In this document: positions 9,456-20,400 of the stretch, one piece after another
How the letters are laid out: every line of letters starts with the position of its first letter
How positions within the stretch are numbered: the stretch's first letter is position 1
Assembly: GCA_964291675.2 (NCBI GenBank)
Contig: OZ219866.1
Location: forward strand, 1,824,001-1,888,000
DNA from: Alphaproteobacteria bacterium
GTDB taxonomy: Bacteria > Pseudomonadota > Alphaproteobacteria > MPNO01
Direction of reading: 5' to 3'
Length of the DNA stretch: 64,000 nt
Position numbers and translations under genes: made by a program
Notes under the pieces: generated by a model
What the model saw: only the letters and a program-made list of their open reading frames with translations
What the model was told of the DNA's origin: nothing
Database searches by the model: none

Positions 9456-10735
9456 GCGAGGCTGCCTGGGTCCTGACGCTGGGCACCGCCGCGCTGTTCA
9501 TCCTCGGCGTGCCGATCGTGTTTGCCATCGGCATCGCCTCGCTCGGAGCGCTGGTGCTGGCCGATGTCGGCATCGTGATCCTGAGCCAGAAGATGATCCA
9601 GGGCTCGACGATCTTCAGCCTGCTCGCGGTGCCCTGCTTCATCCTGGCCGGCGACATCATGCAGACCGGCGGCCTGGCCTCGCGGCTGATCAACGTCGCC
9701 CGGGTGCTGGTGCGCCATCTGACCGGCGGGCTCGGCATGGTGACGGTGTTGTCGGCGACCTTCTTCGCGGCGTTGTCCGGGTCTTCGCCCGCGACCACCG
9801 CCGCCATCGGCAGCATCATGATCCCGGAGATGGAGAAGCGCGGCTACCGGCGCGACTTCTCCACCGCGCTGGCGGCGTCGGCGGGTCCGCTGGGCCAGAT
9901 GATCCCGCCGTCGATCCCGATGGTGATCTGGGGGGTGATCTCCGAGACCTCGATCACCGCCCTGTTCTTCGCCGGCATCGTACCGGGCCTGCTGACGTCC
10001 TGCGGGCTGATGGCGGTGTGCTACTGGGTCGCCCGCGCGCAGGGCGTGCTGGGCGACGAGCACCGCGCCAGCGGGCGCGAGCTTGTCGCGGCGATCGCCG
10101 ACGGCAAATGGGCGTTGCTGACCCCCCTGATCATCCTCGGCGGGATCTATGGCGGGGTGTTCACGCCGACCGAGGCGGGCGCGGTCGCCGTCGCCTACAG
10201 CCTGGTGATCGGCGTGTTCGTCCACCGCGAGATGAAGCTGTCCGAGCTGCCGGCGATCGTTCTCAAATCCATGCGGACGACGGCGATCGCGGTGTTCATC
10301 CTGACCACCGCGCTGGCCTTCGGCTTCCTGATCGCGCTGGAGGACCTGCCGGCCAGGGTCACGCAGGTGCTGTTCGCGGTCTCCGACGACCCGGTGGTCG
10401 TGCTCCTGATGCTCAACCTGCTGCTGCTGATCATCGGCGCCTTCATGGACACGATCTCGGCAATGGTCATCCTGGCGACGGTGCTGATCGCCATCGGCCA
10501 GCAGCTGGGGCTGGACCCGGTCCATCTGGGCGCGATCATCGTCATCAACCTGGCGATCGGCTTCCTCACCCCGCCCTTCGGCATCAACCTGTTCGTCGGC
10601 GCCGCCATCTCCGGGCTGCGGGTCGAGGCGATCGCCAGGGCGATCTGGCCGATGCTGCTGGTCGAGATCCTGGTGCTGCTGGCGGTGACCTACATCCCGG
10701 CGGTCACGCTTACCATCCCCCGCCTGCTGGAGTGA
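9452..10735 (+). CDS. TRAP large permease DctM
   Basis: AVPCFILAG, SGSSPAT, IPPSIPM, FTPTEAG, TPPFGINLF; ATGA overlap with dctQ. Confidence 0.93.
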   Translation: MSEAAWVLTLGTAALFILGVPIVFAIGIASLGALVLADVGIVILSQKMIQGSTIFSLLAVPCFILAGDIMQTGGLASRLINVARVLVRHLTGGLGMVTVLSATFFAALSGSSPATTAAIGSIMIPEMEKRGYRRDFSTALAASAGPLGQMIPPSIPMVIWGVISETSITALFFAGIVPGLLTSCGLMAVCYWVARAQGVLGDEHRASGRELVAAIADGKWALLTPLIILGGIYGGVFTPTEAGAVAVAYSLVIGVFVHREMKLSELPAIVLKSMRTTAIAVFILTTALAFGFLIALEDLPARVTQVLFAVSDDPVVVLLMLNLLLLIIGAFMDTISAMVILATVLIAIGQQLGLDPVHLGAIIVINLAIGFLTPPFGINLFVGAAISGLRVEAIARAIWPMLLVEILVLLAVTYIPAVTLTIPRLLE

Positions 10736-10949
10736 CCGGGCCTCCCGGCGCCGTCGCACCCCGAAGCGCACCCTGGGCGCTGGGCTATTGAAATCAAGTC
10801 GTCTTTTCTCCCGCATTTCGCGGCCGGGAACGCGATTCTGCGGCTGTCCGTTCCCCTGCTGCAACCGGAGCCGGGACGACGACATGCCAAGAGTCGCCCT
10901 CACCGAGGCGTCGTCCGACGGCAATGCCGGGCGGTTCGCCGTGGGGGAG

Positions 10950-11267
10950 CTACCGGGGGGAGATGCCTTCGCGCTGGCCCTCGATCCGGGCCTGGCGCTC
11001 TCCGAGGCGCTGCATGTGGCGGCGGAATTCGTCCATTCTGGCATCGGCGGCCCGTCGGTCGGCCGCAGCCTGGGCTCGGAACTGGTCCATCTTGGCGTCT
11101 GTGGCGCGGCGATCCGCAGCCGCTTGGGCGATCGCGTTGTCAAGCCGGGTTTCGATGCGGAAGGCGGCGTTGAGCAACAGGCCGCCAAGCGCGACGCCGA
11201 TGCCGACGACGGCGATCATGATGGTGATGAATTCGTGTTTGGGCACGGACCTGGTACCAGGTTGCAT
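10950..11267 (-). CDS. small membrane-anchored coiled-coil hypothetical protein
   Basis: One TM helix, then a duplicated AQAAADRRAxDAxMD(Q/E)FR unit; upstream promoter TTCACA-N17-TAGATT (11329-11301). Confidence 0.65.
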   Translation of the reverse strand: MQPGTRSVPKHEFITIMIAVVGIGVALGGLLLNAAFRIETRLDNAIAQAAADRRATDAKMDQFRAQAAADRRAADARMDEFRRHMQRLGERQARIEGQREGISPR

Positions 11268-11409
11268 AGCCGGGCCGGTCTGCGCGTCGGAGTTGTCGAC
11301 AATCTAGGGTCTCCCGGAAAGGATGTGAAGCGGGGAAGCACCCGGATGGGAGGTATCTCCGTTTTCGCCGGGCTCGGCCGTTCCGAAGCTTGTCTCCATT
11401 CCTGCCCGT

Positions 11410-11856
11410 GTGGGTCGGGAACCCGAAACCGCTCATGGCCTTCCCACGACATGGGCGGTCGGGAGATCGTCGCCGCGCGCTCGCGGATCAGCGCCTGCTC
11501 GTCCGGCTTGCAATGCAGGCTGCGCTGGCGCCGGAAACCCTCCGTCGCGACCCGCCCTGCCCCGGACCCCGTTCCGGGGGACCTGTTCCGGGGCGCTCCC
11601 CGTCCGAGACCTGCTTCCAGCGGTTCGCCGCCCCCGGGTCGGTCAGGCGCAGCCTCTTCTCCGCCAGCAGCGACGGCACCGGCATCTCGCGCAACGCTCG
11701 GCGCAGCGCCTCGTCGGGCAGCCCATCCGGCATCGGCGCGCGGTGCACCAGGCAGCGCGAGCGGTCCATGCCGCACGCCGCCGCCCGGCAAATCCTCTCC
11801 CACTCCGCATCCGTCGCCATCGCCGCGCGCTGGCGGCGCCCGTCCTCCGCACTTAT
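11410..11856 (-). pseudogene. degenerate MobC/ribbon-helix-helix-like remnant(s)
   Basis: GGAGG, 6 nt, then in-frame ATA (likely a mutated ATG), reading SAEDGRRQRAAMATDAEWERICRAAACGMDRSRCLVHRA; a second fragment DEQALIRERAA lies in another frame. Confidence 0.45.
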
Positions 11857-12179
11857 CGCCGGCCTCCGCAGCTCGTCGGGAGCGACGACATGCGGAAACC
11901 TGTCGCGGAAGAAATGCCCAAATGAAACCTGCGGGTATTCCTCGACCGGGAATCCCGTAAGCCGTTCAGATGTCGTCCGGTGCGATGCAACGGTCCCCGA
12001 AATCCGTCCCGCTCGAACTTCCGCCGGTGAACCCGTCCCCTGACGTCACACGACCGATCCCGACCGCGTGCGACTTCCCCGACTGCAACCGACGCCACGA
12101 CACAAATCCAGCACCGTGTCTCCCGCCCCGACCGGACCGCCTCACAGGGCCCGCAACCCTCCAACCTCCCTTAAGGCAG

Positions 12180-13202
12180 TCACACCCCGAAGGTGAAGCG
12201 GCTGCCGAGATTGGAGGCGACCAGGCGGTCCGGCATGCGCCGTCGCATCGCCTCGATGAAGGCCGCGCCGGTGCAGTGCATGGGCACCACCACGTCGGGG
12301 GAGAGCCGTTCCAGCTCGTCGATCGTGTGCTCGACATAGTCGGGCCTGGCGGTGGTCAGGTGGAAGCCGCCGATCACCGCGTGCAGCCGGTCGATGCCCG
12401 AGACCGCCATCGCCGTCTTGACCGAGTTCACGATCCCGGCATGGCCGCAGGACGAGATCACCACCAGCCCGCGGCCCTTGACGATGTAGCAGGTGGCGTG
12501 CTCCTCGGGGTGGGAGTCGGCGACCAGCTCGCCGCGCCGTTCGGCCTCGGAGAAGTGGTCGTAGGATTCGAGCATCGAGCCGCCGGTCACCACCTCGAAC
12601 GTGTCGCGCTCGATATAGCCGGTGGTGAACGGCCCGGGGAGCGCGTGCGGCGCGGGGCAGCAGACCGGCACCACGTTCTGCGCCACCAGCCCGGTGCGGT
12701 CGGGCGCGCCCCAGCAGACGAATTCCGGCTTCGCCCCGGGCTCGCGCGGCGGCCCGGAGGGAACCCAGCGCACCGAGAACGCCTCCTCCGCGCCGACATA
12801 GAGCGAGACGTCGTCCTTCATCGTGCTGCGGTGCTGGGTCACGAACCCGTCGAGCCCGCCATAGTGGTCGCGGTGGCCGTGGCTCAGGATCAGCCCGTCG
12901 AGCCGGGCGGGCTCGATGCCGAGCAGCGAGACGTTGCGGTTCAGGATCTCGGGCGTGTAGCCGAAATCCAGCAGGAACTCGGCGCCCTGACCGCCGGCGC
13001 GCGACTCGAGGTGGAGCGCGAGCCCCCACTCGCCGGCCAGCGTGGTCATCGGCCGGCCCGGGATGGCGCCGACATGCTCGATCGCGACATGGGCGTGCTC
13101 CGCCCTGGGCAGGAACCGCTCGTAATGCGAATCGACCACCACCCGGACCGCGAGACGGTCCACCAACGGCGCCGCGAACGGCGCCTGTCCGGCTGCGTTC
13201 AT
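12180..13202 (-). CDS. MBL-fold metallo-hydrolase
   Basis: GEWGL, LLDFG, SHGHRDHYGG, SCGHAG, GGFHL, PMHCTG. Confidence 0.9.
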   Translation of the reverse strand: MNAAGQAPFAAPLVDRLAVRVVVDSHYERFLPRAEHAHVAIEHVGAIPGRPMTTLAGEWGLALHLESRAGGQGAEFLLDFGYTPEILNRNVSLLGIEPARLDGLILSHGHRDHYGGLDGFVTQHRSTMKDDVSLYVGAEEAFSVRWVPSGPPREPGAKPEFVCWGAPDRTGLVAQNVVPVCCPAPHALPGPFTTGYIERDTFEVVTGGSMLESYDHFSEAERRGELVADSHPEEHATCYIVKGRGLVVISSCGHAGIVNSVKTAMAVSGIDRLHAVIGGFHLTTARPDYVEHTIDELERLSPDVVVPMHCTGAAFIEAMRRRMPDRLVASNLGSRFTFGV

Positions 13203-13207
13203 GGCGT

Positions 13208-13759
13208 TCAGGCGTCGACCGGGTCGGGCACCGGCTTGGCGCCGTCGACGGTGTTCTCCCTGAGGTTGAAGCGGCGCTGGACGACCGTGTCGAGGTCGGT
13301 GCCGGTCACCCGCACGAAGCGCGCCCCGTCGGGGAACCTGATCGAGTGGATGTCGCGCGGGTGGAACACGCCCACCATGCCGGGGTCGAGCCGGTAGCGC
13401 TCCGCCGGCTCGACGATCGGCGCCGCGCCGCCCGGCGCCGCGCCGGTCTCGCGCCACACCGTCATGTCGGTGTGCTCGACCGCCTGGCCGTAGATCGCCC
13501 AGGACGGGCCGTGGTCGTGCGGCGGCGATTCGACCCCCTTCTCGTAGATATGGGCGAGCACCATGAAGCCGAGCTCGGGGTCCTCGTATAGCGGGTGGAT
13601 GCCGCGCTCGGCGTCCGGCCCGCAATGGGCGGCGACGAAGTCCCCGTTGGCCAGCAGCCGCCCCAGATTGGCGCGCACAATTTCGCGAGCGCCATCCCCG
13701 TCGCCGGCGCCGAGCGCGGCGCGCGTGTCCTCGCAAAACGCCTCCAGCGTATACGCCAT
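13208..13759 (-). CDS. cupin / cysteine-dioxygenase-like protein
   Basis: SPPHDHGPSWAIYG and DIHSI metal-binding cupin motifs. Confidence 0.75.
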   Translation of the reverse strand: MAYTLEAFCEDTRAALGAGDGDGAREIVRANLGRLLANGDFVAAHCGPDAERGIHPLYEDPELGFMVLAHIYEKGVESPPHDHGPSWAIYGQAVEHTDMTVWRETGAAPGGAAPIVEPAERYRLDPGMVGVFHPRDIHSIRFPDGARFVRVTGTDLDTVVQRRFNLRENTVDGAKPVPDPVDA

Positions 13760-13982
13760 CGTCAGATCTCCCGCGTTCCGGCCGGTTCCGGCGTGCAGCC
13801 TAACCGGTCCGGGGGCATCCGGCCAAGCCGTTTCCCGTCCCGGGTTCGCACCGGACCCGGCGCGGCAATCATATTGAAATCGATATAGGGTAATGTCATA
13901 AAAGAATTGCCTCTTTCTCCGCCGGGCCGCGTCGCGGGGCGCGGAGGAAGGGGACGGGGGAACAACGGAAACGGAGCGGGGC

Positions 13983-16900
13983 GTGGTTGTTGTGTCGAGA
14001 TCGAGCAGTCGGCGGCCGGGTCGGGCGGGCGTCCGCGCGCTGCCACGGGGCCGCCCCGTCGTCGCGGCGCTGGCCGTCCTCGCGGCCCTGGCCGCGCTCG
14101 CCGCCGCGCAGCAGGCGCGGGCGCAGGACGTGCCCGACCCGATAAAGGGGGTGAAGGTGCTCGCCGGCGACCAAAGGATCAATTTGTTCTGGGAAGAGCC
14201 TTTCGACGGCGGCTCGCAGCTCCTCCGCTACGAGTACCGGTACAAGACGACCGGCAACTTTCCGGCCACCTGGACGGAGGTGCCGGACGGGCTCGCCATT
14301 CCGGAGGCCCCCAACTCCGATCTCCCGCCCCTCAGATACCTGCTGCCCGACCCGTTCGTGAACGGCACCGCCTATACGTTTCAGATGCGCGCGGTGAACG
14401 CCGTGGGTCCGGGCCTCGCGGACTCCGGTTCCGAGGACACGGCCACGCCGGCCGCGAACAGCCCGGCGACGGGCATGGGGAGAGTGTTCAACGAGGAACG
14501 CCCGCAGGGCGAGCTGCGCCCGGGCGGGAGCGTGATGCTCGACCTGGAAGACGAGGGCGGAAACCTGCTGATCCAGGACGCCGACGGGTTGGTGCATGTC
14601 GAAAAGCCCGAACAGTATTTCAGGTTCCAGCACTTCTGGTACCGGGTCGACGGCATGACCGAAACGCAGGTCGACGAAGACACCTTTGGCGGAAGCGTAG
14701 AGGGCGGGTACACGTTGACCAAGGCCGACGTGGGCAAGCGGCTCAAGGTGGTCACGCGCTTTTTCGACGACCGCGGCAACCCCGAGGAAGTCAGCGCGGA
14801 GTTTCCGCCCAGCGGCACCATCCTGCCCCCGGTGCCGTGCGGCGCGCCCACCTACACCGGCGGCGCGACCCGGATCTGGACTGCTACGCTCAGGGTGAGG
14901 GCCACCGAGAGTGGCGGGACGGTAAGAACCTACGGCACCACAACCGGCTTCGCACTCGAAGATAACGAAGAAGAAGAAGCCAACGAAAAAATGGACATAC
15001 GAGACTTCGCCGCCGGAGGCAACGACTACCGGATCGACGCCGCCTACCGGGGTGTCTCGGGGACGAATACCGGCAAGCTGGTCTTCGGCCTGACTTCGGA
15101 CCTCGCGGAAGCCGACCGGAGCCGGCTCGTCCTGCATGTCTGCAACGCGGAATTCCGCTTGGCCGAGGCGGACGAGGACGCCTCCAGCAACTATCGGTGG
15201 GACAGCACCCTCGACTGGTCCACGACCATCTTCCGCAATCTCTATCTGAGCTACGACGACGTCGCCCCCACGCTGACGGGTGCGGCGTTGGCGGGGGCGT
15301 CGCTGACACTGACGTTCAGCGAGGAGCTGGACGCGGACTCGGTGCCGCCGCTGGGCGCCTTCTCGACGACGGTGAACGGCGCGGCCGCCGCCTTCGCGGA
15401 CGGCAGCGCGCCCGTATTAGACGGCCGGACGGTGACCCTGACGCTCGCCGGCGCCCCGGCTCGGGGCTCCGCGATGACGGTCTCCTACGCAGCGCCGTCC
15501 TCGGAGCCGGTGCTGCGCGACGCGGCGCGGAACGCGGTTGCCGACATCGCCGACCGGAATGTAGCGGTGCCGCCGCCGGTCCGGCCCGCGCCGGTCCGGC
15601 CCGCGCCGGTCGAGCCCGAGCCGGAGCCGGAACCGGAGCCCGAGCCGGAGCCCGAGCCGGAGATGCTGGCGATGGACGAGTCGGCGGCGCCGTGGCTGGC
15701 GCGTTTCGGGCGCACGGCGGCGGGGCAGGTGGCGGATTCCCTGGCGGGCCGCCTCGCGACGCCGCCGTCTCCGGGGCTCGCGCTCAGCCTCGGCGGGCAG
15801 CGTGTCGCCGCCGCGTCGGCGAGCGACATCGCGGAGAGGGAGGCGCAGGCCGGCGACGCGCCAGGCGGCGCGCGGTCGCGGACGCTCACCGGACGGCAGT
15901 TCTTCAACGCCTCGTCGTTCAACCTGGCCGGCGGGACCGAGGGGGCCGGGCTGGTCGGGGTCTGGGGCCGGGTCGCGCTGGCCGGCTTCCGGGGGCGCGA
16001 GCACGACATGGACGTCGACGGCGATGTCGCGAGCGCGGTTCTCGGCGCCGACTACACGCTCGGGCGCGCCGCCGTCGGCATGCTGGTGGCGCGCACGGAG
16101 GGCGACGGCGAGTACGGCTCGCCGCTCGGCCGGGGCTTCGTCGAGTCGGCCCTGACCGGAGTCTATCCCTATCTGCGCTACGCGCTCGGCGAGCGGATCT
16201 CGGTCTGGGGCACGGCGGGGTATGGCGAGGGCACGCTCTCGCTCGAGCCCGACGGGCGCGCCGTCGTCAGGACCGATATGGACGTGGCGACGGTGGCCGG
16301 CGGTCTGCGCGGCGTCGTGCACGGCCCGGCGGAGGGCGGGCGCCTCCGGCTCGCGGTGGTGGCGGACGCGCTCGGCGTGCGGACCAGGGCCGAGGCCGCC
16401 GATGACGGCGACGGCGAGTTGCTGCGGCCGGTGGATGCGGAGGTGACGCGCGTGAAGCTCGGCATCGAGGGCGGTCTGAGCGGGATCGAGATCGGCGAAC
16501 ACCGGCTCCGGCCGACGCTGGAGATCGCCGGGCGCCACGACGGCGGCGATGCCGAGACCGGCTACGGGCTCGATGTCGGGGGCGGGCTGGTCTGGACCGC
16601 GCCGGGCGCCGGCATCCGGGTGAAGGTCCGGGGGCGCGGCCTGGTGAGCCACGATTCCGGCGGCTTCCGCCAGACCGGCGGCGCCCTCTCGCTGGCCTGG
16701 GACCCCGACCGGTCGTCCAAACGGGGCGTCTCGCTCTCTTTGGCCCAGAGGGTCGGCGGCCGGGCCTCGGGCGGCGCCGATGCGCTGCTGGCGCGCGAGA
16801 CCTCGGAGCGTCTCGCGGCGAACGACGATGGGGACATGCTCCGCAACCACCGTCTCGAAGCGAGGCTCGGCTACGGAATCGCGCTGCCGGGCGGGCGGTT

Positions 16901-17093
16901 CATCGCGACGCCGCAGGCCGGCTTCGCCCTGTCGCAGACGCGGCGCGAGCTGGGTCTCGGCTGGCGGATGGGCCTCGCGCGCGCCCACCGCCTGTCTCTC
17001 GTCTTCGACCTGCGGGGGACGCGGCGCGAGTCGGTGAACGGCGACCGGCCGCCCGAGCACGGGATCGGGATCAGGGCCAACATGCGCTGGTAG
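13983..17093 (+). CDS. autotransporter-type surface protein: fibronectin type III + SwmB-like domain + Pro/Glu linker + C-terminal beta-barrel
   Basis: Signal peptide ..QQARA; FN3 (LFWEEPFDGGS..YEYRY..NGTAYTFQMRAVNAVG); SwmB-like PTLTGAALAGASLTLTFSEELD; WLARFGRT, RHDGGDAETG, terminal Trp. Confidence 0.85.
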   Translation: MVVVSRSSSRRPGRAGVRALPRGRPVVAALAVLAALAALAAAQQARAQDVPDPIKGVKVLAGDQRINLFWEEPFDGGSQLLRYEYRYKTTGNFPATWTEVPDGLAIPEAPNSDLPPLRYLLPDPFVNGTAYTFQMRAVNAVGPGLADSGSEDTATPAANSPATGMGRVFNEERPQGELRPGGSVMLDLEDEGGNLLIQDADGLVHVEKPEQYFRFQHFWYRVDGMTETQVDEDTFGGSVEGGYTLTKADVGKRLKVVTRFFDDRGNPEEVSAEFPPSGTILPPVPCGAPTYTGGATRIWTATLRVRATESGGTVRTYGTTTGFALEDNEEEEANEKMDIRDFAAGGNDYRIDAAYRGVSGTNTGKLVFGLTSDLAEADRSRLVLHVCNAEFRLAEADEDASSNYRWDSTLDWSTTIFRNLYLSYDDVAPTLTGAALAGASLTLTFSEELDADSVPPLGAFSTTVNGAAAAFADGSAPVLDGRTVTLTLAGAPARGSAMTVSYAAPSSEPVLRDAARNAVADIADRNVAVPPPVRPAPVRPAPVEPEPEPEPEPEPEPEPEMLAMDESAAPWLARFGRTAAGQVADSLAGRLATPPSPGLALSLGGQRVAAASASDIAEREAQAGDAPGGARSRTLTGRQFFNASSFNLAGGTEGAGLVGVWGRVALAGFRGREHDMDVDGDVASAVLGADYTLGRAAVGMLVARTEGDGEYGSPLGRGFVESALTGVYPYLRYALGERISVWGTAGYGEGTLSLEPDGRAVVRTDMDVATVAGGLRGVVHGPAEGGRLRLAVVADALGVRTRAEAADDGDGELLRPVDAEVTRVKLGIEGGLSGIEIGEHRLRPTLEIAGRHDGGDAETGYGLDVGGGLVWTAPGAGIRVKVRGRGLVSHDSGGFRQTGGALSLAWDPDRSSKRGVSLSLAQRVGGRASGGADALLARETSERLAANDDGDMLRNHRLEARLGYGIALPGGRFIATPQAGFALSQTRRELGLGWRMGLARAHRLSLVFDLRGTRRESVNGDRPPEHGIGIRANMRW
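15570..15663 (+). repeat. low-complexity (PVRPA)2 + (PE)n linker
   Basis: ccggtccggcccgcg x2, then a gagcc(c/g) hexamer run encoding EPEPEPEPEPEPEPEPE. Confidence 0.85.
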
Positions 17094-17122
17094 CCGGGCC
17101 CGCGCGCCGCAGGGGCCCGGCT
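17092..17122 (+). terminator. GC-rich hairpin after the autotransporter stop (no U-tract)
   Basis: AGCCGGGCCC ... GGGCCCGGCT 10-bp stem. Confidence 0.4.
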
Positions 17123-17457
17123 CGCTGTCCGACGAGCGGGCGCATTTCCTGGCGGACTGCCCCGGTCGACACCGGCGCGGGACCCGATGGGCGCCTGCCG
17201 CGCGCCGCGCGGGATCGCGACTTTCGGCAGCGAAGGGTATCGCCAGGCCCGACTTGAAACCCGGCTTGACGTAACCCATTTCAATTATGGCGAGAAATAT
17301 GTAATCGTGATTGCCTCTTGTGCGTGTCTTGCCTCGATGTCTGCGCCTGCCGAATGGAAGATTCCCCATCGAGGATCGGGGGATCGCCGACACCTCCGGC
17401 TTCCGGTGCGAGCGCCGTCCCGCGAATTGCCCCGGCTCGCCGGCGGGAAACGCTGAA

Positions 17458-20400
17458 ATGAACGATACCGCGCGCGGGGCGCGGCTCGTCGCCGGCGCGG
17501 TCTTCCTGGTGCTTGCGTGTCTGGCGTTCGGCCCGCGGGCCGGGGCGCAGAACGCCCCCACGGCCTCCGCCGGCACGGTCACCACGAACGAAGACACCGC
17601 TTACGCCTTCGACGCCGCCGACTTCAACTTCGCCGACGACGATACGGGCGATACGCTGTCGAGCGTGAGGATCGTGACGCTGCCGGCGACGGGCGCCTTG
17701 ACCAGGGACGGCACGGCGGTGGCGGCGAACCAGTCGATCGCCGTGGCCGACATCGACGCGGACAAGCTGCTCTTCACCCCGGCGGCCAACGGCAACGGCG
17801 ACCCCTACACCAGCTTCACCTTCAAGGTGAGCGACGGCACCGACGAGAGCGCGTCGGCCTACACCATGACCGTCGACGTGACCGCGGTGAACGACGCGCC
17901 CACCGCCGCCGACAACACGGTCGCCACGAACGAGGACGCGGCCTACACCTTCCGGGCCGCCGATTTCGGCTTCGCCGACGTCGATACGGGGGGCGCGCTT
18001 GCGAGCGTGAGGATCGCGACGCTGCCGGCGGCCGGCTCGCTGACCCGGGACGGCACGGCGGTGACGGCCAACCAGTCGATCGCCGTGGCCGACATCGACG
18101 CGAGCAAGCTGGTCTTCACCCCGGCGGCCAACGGCAACGGCGATCCCTATGCCAGCTTCACCTTCAAGGTGAGCGACGGCAGCGCCGAGAGCGCGTCGGC
18201 CCACACCATGACCGTCGACGTGACCGCGGTGAACGACGCGCCCACCGCCGCCGCCAACACGGTCACCACGAACGAGGACACGGGCTACAGCTTCGCCGCC
18301 GGCGACTTCAACTTCGCCGATGTCGATGCCGGAGACGCGCTGGCGAATGTGAGGATCGTGACGCTGCCGGCGGCGGGCGCGCTCGCCAGGGACGGCGTGG
18401 CGGTGACCGTGAACCAGTCGGTCTCCGGCGCCGACATCCTCGCGAGCAAGCTGGTCTTCACCCCCGCCGCCAACGCCAGCGGCGATCCCTACACCAGCTT
18501 CACCTTCAAGGTGGGGGACGGCACCGACGAGAGCGCATCGGCCTACACCATGACCGTCGACGTGACCGCGGTGGACGACGCGCCCACCGCCGCCGACAAC
18601 ACGGTCGCCACGAACGAGGACACCGCCTACACCTTCCGGGCCGACGACTTCGGCTTCGCCGACGCCGATGCGGGCGATACGCTGTCGAGCGTGCGGATCG
18701 TCACGCTGCCGGCGGCGGGCGCGCTCACCAGGGACGGCACGACGGTGACCGCCAACCAGTCGGTCTCCAGGGCCGACATCGACGCGAGCAAGCTGGTCTT
18801 CACGCCGGCGTCCAACGGCAACGGCGATCCCTACGCCAGCTTCACCTTCAAGGTGAGCGACGGCAGCGCCGAGAGCACGCCGGCCAACACGATGACCGTC
18901 GACGTGACCGCCGTGAACGACGTTCCCACCGCCGCCGCCAACACGGTCACCACGAACGAGGACACCGGCTACAGCTTCGCCGCCGGCGACTTCAACTTCG
19001 CCGACGCGGATACGGGCGACACGCTGGCGAATGTGAGGATCGTGACGCTGCCGGCGGCGGGCGCGCTCACCAGGGCTGGCACGGCGGTGGCGGCGAACCA
19101 GTCGATCGCCGTGGCCGACATCGTCGCGAGCCGGCTGGTCTTCACCCCCGCCGCCAACGCCAGCGGCGATCCCTACACCAGCTTCACCTTCAAGGTGGGC
19201 GACGGCAGCGCGGAGAGCGCGTCGGCCTACACCATGACCGTCGACGTGACCGCGGTGAACGACGCGCCCACCGCCGCCGACAACACGGTCGCCACGAACG
19301 AGGACACGGTCCATACCTTTTCGACCGGCGACTTCTCCTTCGCCGATGCCGACACGGGCGACACGCTGTCGAGCGTGAAGATCGTAACGCTGCCGGCGGC
19401 GGGCGCGCTCACCAGGGACGGCACGACGGTAACGGCGAACCAGTCGATCGCCGTGGCCGACATCGACGCGGACAAGCTGGTCTTCACCCCGGCGGCCAAC
19501 GGCAACGGCGACCCCTATGCCAGCTTCACCTTCAAGGTGAGCGACGGCAGCGCCGAGAGCGCGCCGGCCAACACGATGACCGTCGACGTGGCCGCGGTGA
19601 ACGACGTTCCCACCGCCGTTGCCAACACGGTCGCCACGAACGAGGACACGGCCTACAGCTTCGCCGCCGGCGACTTCAACTTCGCCGATGTCGATGCCGG
19701 CGACACGCTGGCCAGCGTGCGGATCGTGACGCTGCCGGCGGCGGGCGCGCTGACCGTGGACGGCGTGGCGGCGACCGCGAACCAGTCGGTCTCCGGGGCC
19801 GACATCGTCGCGAGCAAGCTGGTCTTCACCCCGGCGGCCAACGCCAATGGCGACCCCTATGCCAGCTTCACCTTCAAGGTGGGCGACGGCACCGACGAGA
19901 GCGCGTCGGCCTACACCATGACCGTCGACGTGGCCGCGGTGGACGATGCGCCCACCGCCGCCGACAGCACGGTCGCCACGGCCGAGGACACCGCCTACAC
20001 CTTCCGGGCCGGCGACTTCCCCTTCGCCGACGCCGACACGGGCGATACGCTGTCGAGCGTGCGGATCGTGACGCTGCCGGCGGCGGGCGCGCTGACCATG
20101 GACGGCACGCCGGCGACGGAGAACCAGTCGATCGCCGTGGCCGACATCGACGCGGACAAGCTGGTCTTCACCCCGGCGGCCAACGGCAACGGCGACCCCT
20201 ATGCCAGCTTCACGTTCAAGGTGAGCGACGGCAGCGCGGAGAGCGCGCCGGCCTATACCATGACCGTCGACGTGGCGGCGAGGAACGACGTTCCCACCGC
20301 CGCCGCCAACACGGTCGTCACGGCCGAGGACACGGCCCACATCTTTTCGGCCGACGAGTTCGGCTTCGCCGATGTCGATGCCGGCGACGCGCTGGCCGGC

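Noticed and set aside
10786-13881. TATTGAAATC at 10786 and 13872
   Set aside because: A single 10-mer match with no element structure between the copies; cannot be distinguished from chance
14880-15010. Diversity-generating retroelement target
   Set aside because: No reverse transcriptase or template repeat in the window; kept only as a composition anomaly
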